In this document: positions 7,578 to 14,827 of the stretch, piece by piece
How positions within the stretch are numbered: the first letter of the stretch is position 1
How the letters are laid out: every line of letters starts with the position of its first letter
Assembly (NCBI GenBank): GCA_964444395.1
Contig: CAYUHA010000001.1
Span: 1-34,446 of the forward strand
From: an uncultured Candidatus Saccharibacteria bacterium
Lineage (GTDB): Bacteria; Patescibacteriota; Minisyncoccia; Minisyncoccales; CAYUHA01
DNA length: 34,446 bases
Reading direction: 5' to 3'
Translations under genes and position numbers: made by a program
Notes under the pieces: generated by a model
Databases searched by the model: none
Told to the model about the DNA's origin: nothing
What the model saw: only the letters and a program-made list of their open reading frames with translations

Positions 7578-9200
7578 TTATAATTTTATCGCTCTTCTTA
7601 TAAATTCTTTAAACAATGGATGCGGATTTAACGGCCTCGATTTAAATTCAGGATGAAACTGGACAGCAACAAAAAATGGATGATTTTTAAGCTCAACAAT
7701 CTCTACTAAATCTCTTTGAGGGTTAATTCCTGCCATTATCATTCCTTTTTTCTCTAAAATTTCTCTAAAGTTATTATTTAATTCATAGCGATGTCGGTGA
7801 CGTTCTAATATATCTCTACATCTATTGTACGCCTTAAAACTAATTGTCCCTGGCTTAATTCTACAATGATAATCCCCTAACCTCATTGTTGCTCCATATT
7901 TTTTTTCTTTTAAAAGAACTTTTTGTTCCGGCATTACATCAATTATCGAATTCTCACAGTTTTGAACAAATTCAGAAGAATTTGCTTTTTTGATTCTACA
8001 TACATTTCTAGCAAACTCAATTACTGCCAATTGCATTCCTAAACAAAGTCCCAAAAAAGGGATTTTATTTTTTCGGCAAAACTCAATCGTTTTTATCTTT
8101 CCTTCCACTCCCCTTCCTCCAAAGCCGCCAGGAATAATTATCCCATCAAAGCTTTTTAATTCTTTAATTAAATTAGGGCTAGTTTCATATTTTTCTGCGG
8201 ATATCCAAGAAATTTGAGGTTTTCTTTTATGAAACCAACAAGCATGTTTAATTGCTTCAATTACAGAAATATAAGAATCTATTAAAGTAAACTTACCGAT
8301 TTTAAAATATTTCCCTACTACTCCAATTTTTATTGATTTTTGGAACTTATTAATATTATTCACAAATTCCCTCCATCTTTTTAAATCATTTTTTCTTTGC
8401 TTCATCCCAAATTTTTTTAATATGCGATTACCTAAATTTTCTTTTTCAAAATTAACAGGTATTTCATAAATTGTTTCGACATCAGGAGCAGAAACAATAT
8501 CTTCTTTTGCTATATTACAAAAAATTGAGATTTTTCTTTTTCTTGGTTCGTCTAAAGGAACTTCTGAACGAGCAAGAATTATGTCTGGCTGAAGTCCAAC
8601 TGCATTTAAAGACCTTACTGCTCCCTGAGTTGGTTTGGTTTTCATTTCGCCGATTATACTTGGAATAGGTAGATAACTAACCAAAATTAAAAGAACATTC
8701 TTGGGGTGAAAAAGCTTTAAAATTCTTACCGCTTCTAAAAACAGCATATTTTGATATTCACCAACTGTTCCTCCGATCTCTACTAAAATAAAATCGGCTT
8801 TATTCTTTCTTTCCACCTTTTTAATTTGACTAATTACTTGCAAAGGAATATCCGGAACCACTTCCACACATCTGCCATTATATTCTAAATTTCTTTCTTT
8901 ATTTATAACTGTCTGATATATTCTACCAGTAGTAATATAATTATCAGAAGTTAAGTCCTGATCTAAAAATCTTTCATAATTTCCAATATCTTGATCACAC
9001 TCTACCCCGTCTTTAGTAACAAAAACCTCGCCATGCTCAAGAGGATTCATTGTTCCAGCATCAACATTTATATAAGGATCAATCTTGATTGCAGCAACTT
9101 TAAAACCTTTGCTTTGTAAAATTTTTCCAATACTGGCTGTAGCTACTCCCTTCCCTAATCCAGATATTACTCCTCCTGTAATGAAAATATAATGCGCCAT
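7578..9200 (-). CDS. pyrG: CTP synthase
   Basis: 'FITGGVISGLGKG' P-loop-like N-terminus, GATase 'GLCLGMQ' Cys, 'HRHRYE'. Confidence 0.95.
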   Translation of the reverse strand: MAHYIFITGGVISGLGKGVATASIGKILQSKGFKVAAIKIDPYINVDAGTMNPLEHGEVFVTKDGVECDQDIGNYERFLDQDLTSDNYITTGRIYQTVINKERNLEYNGRCVEVVPDIPLQVISQIKKVERKNKADFILVEIGGTVGEYQNMLFLEAVRILKLFHPKNVLLILVSYLPIPSIIGEMKTKPTQGAVRSLNAVGLQPDIILARSEVPLDEPRKRKISIFCNIAKEDIVSAPDVETIYEIPVNFEKENLGNRILKKFGMKQRKNDLKRWREFVNNINKFQKSIKIGVVGKYFKIGKFTLIDSYISVIEAIKHACWFHKRKPQISWISAEKYETSPNLIKELKSFDGIIIPGGFGGRGVEGKIKTIEFCRKNKIPFLGLCLGMQLAVIEFARNVCRIKKANSSEFVQNCENSIIDVMPEQKVLLKEKKYGATMRLGDYHCRIKPGTISFKAYNRCRDILERHRHRYELNNNFREILEKKGMIMAGINPQRDLVEIVELKNHPFFVAVQFHPEFKSRPLNPHPLFKEFIRRAIKL

Positions 9201-9249
9201 AATATATAATCCTAAAAAAGTTTAACTTTAAGGGTTACGATGCTTAAAG

Positions 9250-9372
9250 ACGGAAATCAGTTAATAGAAAACAGAAAATAGTAGCGAAATCAGAAAACAG
9301 AAATTGGTTTTCTGTTTTCTGTTTTCCGTTTTCTACACGGATTTCTGCTTTCTAACAACCGATTTCCGTTTT
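9250..9372. repeat. ~120-nt imperfect palindromic element, copy upstream of pyrG / downstream of rplI
   Basis: Same family and orientation as 7407-7521. Terminal arms 'cggaaatcag...' and '...ccgatttccg' are complementary. Confidence 0.8.
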
Positions 9373-9439
9373 TCATATAATCTGCGATATAATATAGGCT
9401 TCGCTATTGTAACTATTTAATGCGATTTTTGTTTAGATT

Positions 9440-9889
9440 TTAGTCTTCATCTTCAGCAACTATTACTTTTATCTCTGCTTCTAAATTATGTTTAAAATGA
9501 ATCTTAACGGGAAATTCGCCTAGCTCTTTAATTGGCTGAACTAACTCAATTTGGTCTTTTTTAATTTTAAACCCAAGTTCTTTTATCTTCTCACAAACTT
9601 TTTTAGAATCAATCGACTCAAAAAGCTGACCCTCCTCTCCAACTTTAACCGGGATTACCACTTCTAAACCATCAACACTGGAAGCCAAACTTTGAACCTT
9701 TTGCAGCTCACTTTCTGCTTTTTTTGCTTCGGTTTCTTTTTGGAGTTCCAACCATTTCATCATTTTTTCAGTAGCTGGTTTTGCTAAATTTTTAGGAAAT
9801 AAAAAATTTCTGGCGTACCCGTCTGCCACTTCCTTTATTTCATATTTTTTCCCAAGGTTTTTTATATCTTGTAATAATATTATTTTCAT
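9440..9889 (-). CDS. rplI: 50S ribosomal protein L9
   Basis: N-terminal '[32 protein letters not shown]' is the canonical L9 N-domain. Confidence 0.9.
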   Translation of the reverse strand: MKIILLQDIKNLGKKYEIKEVADGYARNFLFPKNLAKPATEKMMKWLELQKETEAKKAESELQKVQSLASSVDGLEVVIPVKVGEEGQLFESIDSKKVCEKIKELGFKIKKDQIELVQPIKELGEFPVKIHFKHNLEAEIKVIVAEDED

Positions 9890-9959
9890 ATTCTCATTTT
9901 AACATTTTAATTTAACATTTTACACAATATTATTAAGAATAATTGAATGATTATCCTAT

Positions 9960-11192
9960 TTATTTCATCTCTCTAATTACTTCAATTGCTTTATCTAGCT
10001 GAGGATCTCTTTCTTCTTTATAATCCTCCTCGGTCATCTCTATTTTTACATCTGGCTCTAATCCCTTGTCAGCAATAAGTTCTCCTTTCGGAGTCAACCA
10101 CTTAGCTATAGTTATTTTCAAACTGGAGCCGTCTCTCAATCTCTCTAACTCCTGAACCGAACCCTTGCCAAATGATTTCTCTCCAATTAATTTTACTCCT
10201 CGATTATCCCTCAATGCTCCTGCTAAAATTTCTGACCCAGAAGCAGAACCTTGATTTATCAAAATTACCAAAGGATAAGGCAAAAGCTTAGCATTTCCTT
10301 TAGCTTTATATTCTTTTCTTTCTTTTCCTTCACCAAAATCTTCAATTACTACAACTTCTCCTCGCTTTAAGAACCAGCCTGCAATATCCTGAGCTACCTC
10401 TAAATATCCTCCGGGATTATTTCTTAAGTCTAAAATTATTTTTTCAGCACTGGAATTTAAAATTTCAACAGCTGCTTTCTTAAAATCAAAAGAAGCTTTT
10501 TCGCTAAACTGATAAAGTTTAAGATAAGCAATATCTTTTTTTCCATCAGGTTGACCTGCTGAAGAAAGTAGTTTCCACTTTAAACAAGGTATTTCAATTA
10601 CTCCCCTTGTAATTTCAAAATCTTTTGCAGTGTGCCATCCTTCTCGAAAAATAGTCAAAGTAACCTTGGTTCCTTTTTTGCCGCGAATAAGTTTTACTGC
10701 TTCCTCAATAGTCAAATCTCTAGTATAAGTATCATCTACTTTTATAATCTTATCTCCTGCCCGAAGTCCTGCCTTCTGAGCAGGAGTGCCTTCTAAAGGC
10801 GCAATAACTGTAAGCTCTCCTTTCCTTATGCCAATTTCCATACCAACCCCTTCAAATACTCCAGAAACATCCTCAGTAAATATTTTAGTATCTTCTGGAG
10901 GCAAAAATACTGTATAAGGATCTTTTAGGGATTTTACCATTCCAGAAACCGCACCATAAATCATTTTTTGATAATCTAATCTTTCCGGCTCAACAAATTT
11001 CTTCTCCAATATTCTCCAGGCCTTCCAAAATAAAGAAAAATCCACTCCTTCCGGTTTTTCAAGGGTCTGATTAATTACTCCTGAAATTGGAGGTTCTGGT
11101 TTTTGAAGCTGGCCGATATAAAAACCAAAACTAAAAATTGCTACAACACCTATTAATATAAAAATTTGAAAAAATACCTTTTTAGATTTCAT
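9960..11192 (-). CDS. S41 family C-terminal processing (tail-specific) peptidase with PDZ domain
   Basis: N-terminal TM anchor, PDZ 'GMEIG...APLEGTPAQKAGLRAGDKI', catalytic region 'INQGSASGSEILAGAL' and 'GEKSFGKGSVQ'. Confidence 0.88.
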   Translation of the reverse strand: MKSKKVFFQIFILIGVVAIFSFGFYIGQLQKPEPPISGVINQTLEKPEGVDFSLFWKAWRILEKKFVEPERLDYQKMIYGAVSGMVKSLKDPYTVFLPPEDTKIFTEDVSGVFEGVGMEIGIRKGELTVIAPLEGTPAQKAGLRAGDKIIKVDDTYTRDLTIEEAVKLIRGKKGTKVTLTIFREGWHTAKDFEITRGVIEIPCLKWKLLSSAGQPDGKKDIAYLKLYQFSEKASFDFKKAAVEILNSSAEKIILDLRNNPGGYLEVAQDIAGWFLKRGEVVVIEDFGEGKERKEYKAKGNAKLLPYPLVILINQGSASGSEILAGALRDNRGVKLIGEKSFGKGSVQELERLRDGSSLKITIAKWLTPKGELIADKGLEPDVKIEMTEEDYKEERDPQLDKAIEVIREMK

Positions 11193-11289
11193 ATTCCTGT
11201 ATTTTAATGTATTTTAACAAATAAAAAAGTCAATAACAAGTTGTTGCATAGAATACTAACATTCTAGAAAGTCCAATAGATAAAAAGAG

Positions 11290-11470
11290 TATAGCTATTC
11301 TCTTTTAATCTTCTTCTTCTTTTAATCTCCCTTTCTCCTCTCCCTTTCCTTAATTTTCCTCTCCCCCTTTTCTTATTTCTCCCCCTCCTTTGAAGAGGGA
11401 GGATTAAGGAAGGAGAGGGCTTTTTTCCTCTCCCCTCTCCCCTTCTCTATTCTTTCCTCTTTACGATTTA
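11290..11470. repeat. CT/GA-rich low-complexity block carrying the recurrent CCTCC...GGAGG hairpin motif
   Basis: Contains 'tctccccctcctttgaagagggaggattaaggaaggagaggg' (11378-11419). Related copies lie at 23020-23066 and 24180-24223. Confidence 0.8.
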
Positions 11471-11523
11471 CACTCTGTTTAAAGAGCTTATTGTTATAAA
11501 ATTATAAATAAATATAAAGATAT

Positions 11524-11572
11524 AATTCAAAAGGGCTTATTGCTTAAGTTAAGCAATAAGCCCTTTTGAATT
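11524..11572 (-). terminator. 49-nt perfect palindromic hairpin, terminator-like, closing the rSAM/peptide/methyltransferase unit (copy 1)
   Basis: 'aattcaaaagggcttattgcttaa g ttaagcaataagcccttttgaatt'. GGG/CCC stem base followed by TTTT in both directions. It lies 21 nt after the methyltransferase stop. Confidence 0.65.
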
Positions 11573-11592
11573 ACAATTTGAATTGCAAGAGA

Positions 11593-12444
11593 TTATTTTC
11601 GGTTCCTTACTGCATAAGATATATACCAATCATTTAACACTGGCAAATAATCTCCTTTTTCATTCCATCGCCCTTCAAAAAATATTTTGTGCTCTATATT
11701 ACAAATGCCGGCATTTTTCAAAGCGCTCACAATCATTTCTTTTGTAAGAAAATTAATGTTATGTTTTTTGGCCCGCAAGAAACTTTTTGAGCCCTTCCTA
11801 TAATGAATACCACTTGCCACAAAATATCCTTCTTTTTTCAAAACTCGTATGGCTTCTTTAATGGCTTCTTTCATTTTTGGCTCGTTCAAACCGTGCCAAG
11901 AAGATACGCTGTCAAAAACACCATTCTTGAAAGGCATACTTCTGGCATCAGCGCATATTATTGAAACCCTGCTATATTTCTTTATCTTCTTCAAAAAATA
12001 CTGGAGTTCTAAACAGATAGAATAACTGTGTTCAAGGGCAACAATTTCTCCTTTTGCCACTGAAATGATATTTCTTAGAAATCTTCCTGTCCCGGTGGCA
12101 AAATCAAGATGAACCGAATTCTTGCTTCTTTTGATTGAGGAAAGCATCCACTGCCATTCTTTCCTAAGTGCCTTCCGCTCTTCTCTTGAAAAAAGAAGTA
12201 TCCATTTTTTGGGAATTTCTTGGGCAAGGGTAGTTTTTCTTAAATTTTGCACAGTTCTTTTTGTCGGCTTTTTGCAGGAAGAGATAAAGCAGGTTATTCC
12301 GTTTTTGATAGGAAATTTTTTATTGCATATTTCACATCGCAATTCGCCGTCAAGTATTCTTTCTCTTGTTTTTTTATGGATTGAAAATTTAAGAGTGCGA
12401 TGACAGGTTGGGCAGGCAAGTTGATTTAAAATTTTAACTTTCAT
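11593..12444 (-). CDS. Class I SAM-dependent methyltransferase with N-terminal Trm112-like zinc ribbon
   Basis: 'CPTC...(24 aa)...CEIC' ribbon with 'PIKNGI'. Motif I 'HLDFATGTGRF', acidic post-I 'VALEHS', 'ADARSMPFKNGVFDSV', 'LKKEGYF'. Confidence 0.8.
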   Translation of the reverse strand: MKVKILNQLACPTCHRTLKFSIHKKTRERILDGELRCEICNKKFPIKNGITCFISSCKKPTKRTVQNLRKTTLAQEIPKKWILLFSREERKALRKEWQWMLSSIKRSKNSVHLDFATGTGRFLRNIISVAKGEIVALEHSYSICLELQYFLKKIKKYSRVSIICADARSMPFKNGVFDSVSSWHGLNEPKMKEAIKEAIRVLKKEGYFVASGIHYRKGSKSFLRAKKHNINFLTKEMIVSALKNAGICNIEHKIFFEGRWNEKGDYLPVLNDWYISYAVRNRK

Positions 12445-12546
12445 ATTTTTGTTATAATATCACATTAAACGGTTAATCGCAATAAAAAGCCCCAAGTTTT
12501 GGTTGTTGTGTAACTTGAGGCGTTGCACTTTTGTGCTTTTGTACTG

Positions 12547-12702
12547 TCAGCTACCTTTCTTCGGCGAGTAAGGCGTGCCACAGTACTTCCGAGAGGTTGT
12601 CGGACAGTTGAAGGAAAGTTCTTTTGCTTCCTTCTCTGTCCTGATGAGAGGCTTCTCATACCTCTTTCTCTCTGTCGTTGTAGCGGCCTTTACCCTTTTC
12701 AT
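12547..12702 (-). CDS. Unannotated 51-aa basic, Cys-containing peptide (candidate RiPP precursor)
   Basis: Hand-translated: MKRVKAATTTERKRYEKPLIRTEKEAKELSFNCPTTSRKYCGTPYSPKKGS*. ATG at 12702-12700. GGAGG (complement of 12711-12715) lies 8 nt upstream, inside the rSAM 3' end. The ATG is 5 nt after the rSAM TGA (12710-12708). Too short for the supplied ORF track. Confidence 0.6.
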   Translation of the reverse strand: MKRVKAATTTERKRYEKPLIRTEKEAKELSFNCPTTSRKYCGTPYSPKKGS

Positions 12703-12707
12703 GGCGT

Positions 12708-13727
12708 TCACCTCCTTTTCTTGTTGAGGGTTCTCATGTATTCCGCCTCTTTACATACTCTTGGAGGCGGAGCGAACAGATTTCCTGTTTCAACGAGATT
12801 CAAGCCGGGACACGGTCGACAATAAGCAAAAAGTTTACAGTTGGCACACTTTGGCATATCAGAGAATCTGATTACCCGAAACGCCTTGAGTTCGGGAGAG
12901 TTACTCCATATTTCAGAGAAAGATCGCTCTCGAAGACTGCCACACTCTATTGGAACCTGAATGCATGGAGTGACTACGCCATAGGGAGAAATGTAGCAGG
13001 ACATGTGTGCGGCGCCACACGGAATTTTATTGAACACCCCTGAGTATCCTTGAAGAGGATCAGGGTCGGGTTCGTACTCTTTTGAGAAGATAGGATCGCC
13101 AAGCACCTGTCTTACTTGCTGATCTGTAATGTGATACCGAAGAGGGGCTTGAGAACCATCAGTTTTAGGAGTGATGCGGTAATCTACTTGGAACTGAGCT
13201 CCTATCTCCTTTGCAAAGTTATACAGCCGGCGATAGCCGTTGATATTGCTTTGCATCAAGACTGAGAATATCTTGATAGGAACACTTCTCTCTTTTAGAG
13301 CACTGATAATTTTCAACGTCTTGGACAGCGACCCCTTTCTTTTTGTGATAGCATCATGAACCTCTGGATCGAGATCATACACACTAAAAGCAACAAGTTC
13401 AGGATGCCATTCAGTAATTTCGTCAATCATTCCCTCGTCTATAAGCGTGCCGTTGGTGAGAAGCCGTACTGCAAAATGCAGTTTCCTGGCATGTCTCACA
13501 ATTTCCGGAAGGTCTTTTCTCAGAAAGATTTCCCCGCCACTTAAGGTAAGATACAGGGTACCCGCTTCAGCTAATTGTTCGAGGATATCTTTGATTTCCT
13601 CAGTAGAGCATTCAAGCTGTTTTTTACCCTCTGTGAGATAGCAATGCACGCATCGCAGATTGCATCGATAAGTAAGATCGATGTGGGCAACAAGCGGGAT
13701 TTGTTTTCGCACCGCTTGCTCTCTCAA
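12708..13727 (-). CDS. Radical SAM enzyme with C-terminal SPASM (auxiliary 4Fe-4S) domain
   Basis: 'YRCNLRCVHCY' CX3CX2C cluster. SPASM-type Cys pattern 'CGAAHMSCYISPYGVVTPC...C...CANCKLFAYCRPC...C'. The start is a TTG in the track and is not well supported. GC is clearly higher than in neighbouring genes. Confidence 0.88.
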   Translation of the reverse strand: MREQAVRKQIPLVAHIDLTYRCNLRCVHCYLTEGKKQLECSTEEIKDILEQLAEAGTLYLTLSGGEIFLRKDLPEIVRHARKLHFAVRLLTNGTLIDEGMIDEITEWHPELVAFSVYDLDPEVHDAITKRKGSLSKTLKIISALKERSVPIKIFSVLMQSNINGYRRLYNFAKEIGAQFQVDYRITPKTDGSQAPLRYHITDQQVRQVLGDPIFSKEYEPDPDPLQGYSGVFNKIPCGAAHMSCYISPYGVVTPCIQVPIECGSLRERSFSEIWSNSPELKAFRVIRFSDMPKCANCKLFAYCRPCPGLNLVETGNLFAPPPRVCKEAEYMRTLNKKRR

Positions 13728-13798
13728 CGCCTCAAAGATCTCGGTGCCATCACTGCTTATGGCGACATCACTCCGCTCCCTGGATTGTAATTAATTGC

Positions 13799-13842
13799 AA
13801 TTCAAAAGGGCTTATTGTTTAAGTTAAGCAATAAGCCCTTTG
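13799..13842 (-). terminator. Hairpin copy 2 (imperfect), terminator-like, downstream of the M23 peptidase gene and upstream of the rSAM gene
   Basis: 'aattcaaaagggcttattgtttaagttaagcaataagccctttgc'. On the minus strand the stem is followed by TTTTGAATT. Confidence 0.6.
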
Positions 13843-13865
13843 CTTGCAAAAAAATTACAATTTTT

Positions 13866-14408
13866 TCACACTCTATAATTCTTGATAAATTTTGTTGGCG
13901 CTGCCCAATATCTCAACTTAGTCCGTTTTTGAGTTGACTTCCAATAACCAGGCAGCACCCTTCCTTCCCATGGACCTGTATAAATCGCGAAATGTAAATG
14001 TGCATCTTCCCACCAGCCGTTTTGTTGAGACCAAGCTCGACCTACCGTTCCTATTTTCTGGCCTATATCTACTCTATCCCCTTTTTCTACTAACCTATTT
14101 CCAAGATGTCCGTAAAGAGAAAAAAATACTTTTTTAGTTTTAGGATTTTTATGGGCAATAATAATGATGTTTCCCCAGTTGCGATAACCTCCCTGTTTTG
14201 GACTTTTCTTTGTAGCATGCAGTTTTGAATAAACTACTTTCCCTCTTCCTATTGCTTTAACTGGGGTTCCTGGTTTAATAATACAATCTTCTCCTAAATG
14301 CAGCCCCCAAAGTTTTCCGTCATATTCATCCCTTTGTCTAAACTTGCAATAATTTACTTTCCAGTCCTCTAAAGGAAAAACTAATTTTGAAGTATAAGGA
14401 TAAGCCAT
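13866..14408 (-). CDS. M23 (LytM-type) metallopeptidase, no evident signal peptide
   Basis: 'HLGED' (HxxxD) and 'HLHFAIY' (HxH) Zn ligand motifs. I prefer the ATG at 14408, preceded by AAAGGAGAA, over the tracked TTG start at 14459. Confidence 0.8.
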   Translation of the reverse strand: MAYPYTSKLVFPLEDWKVNYCKFRQRDEYDGKLWGLHLGEDCIIKPGTPVKAIGRGKVVYSKLHATKKSPKQGGYRNWGNIIIIAHKNPKTKKVFFSLYGHLGNRLVEKGDRVDIGQKIGTVGRAWSQQNGWWEDAHLHFAIYTGPWEGRVLPGYWKSTQKRTKLRYWAAPTKFIKNYRV

Positions 14409-14628
14409 ACTTTCTCCTTTATACCACAAAATTCTCAAAAAATCTATCAAAATCTTCAAATCTGGTCCCCTCCTTTCTTAAATTCTCAAATTTTTGAAGA
14501 ACTAAAAATAACCCTTAAATAACCTTTTTAAAAATAGTAGATTATCTGGTATTTTTTTAAATTTTTAATTTGTATTTTTGAAATTTTATATTTAATTTAT
14601 TAATTTATTTAATTTTTGATTTTTCTTA

Positions 14629-14700
14629 TGCCCCCACCAGGACTCGAACCTGGACTAATAGCTTAAAAGGCTACTACTCTGCCAATTGAGTTATGGGGGC
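14629..14700 (-). tRNA. tRNA-Lys (anticodon UUU)
   Basis: Reverse complement folds by hand: acceptor GCCCCCA/TGGGGGC, D arm ACTC/GAGT, anticodon stem GTAGC/GCTAT with loop CTTTTAA, T arm CCAGG-TTCGAGT-CCTGG, discriminator A. CCA is not encoded. Confidence 0.88.
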
Positions 14701-14827
14701 AATAAATAATTTTTAATTTTTAATTTTTAATTTTTGTTAATTTAATTTTTAATAAATTTTTATTGGAATTATATTTTTTATTTAAAATAAGTTTAAAAAT
14801 CAAAAATTAAGAAATAAAAATTAAAAG

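Noticed and set aside
12465-12825. Tracked ORFs 12465..12659 (-) and 12523..12825 (+) in the peptide region
   Set aside because: The minus ORF starts inside the better-supported 51-aa ORF, in another frame, and has no properly spaced RBS. The plus ORF is antisense to the rSAM 3' end and the peptide. Both are likely by-products of the elevated GC.
13866-14408. M23 peptidase as the leader protease of the rSAM cassette
   Set aside because: It lies outside the hairpin brackets, has backbone-like composition, and is separated from the rSAM gene by a terminator-like hairpin. M23 enzymes are peptidoglycan hydrolases. The association is positional only.
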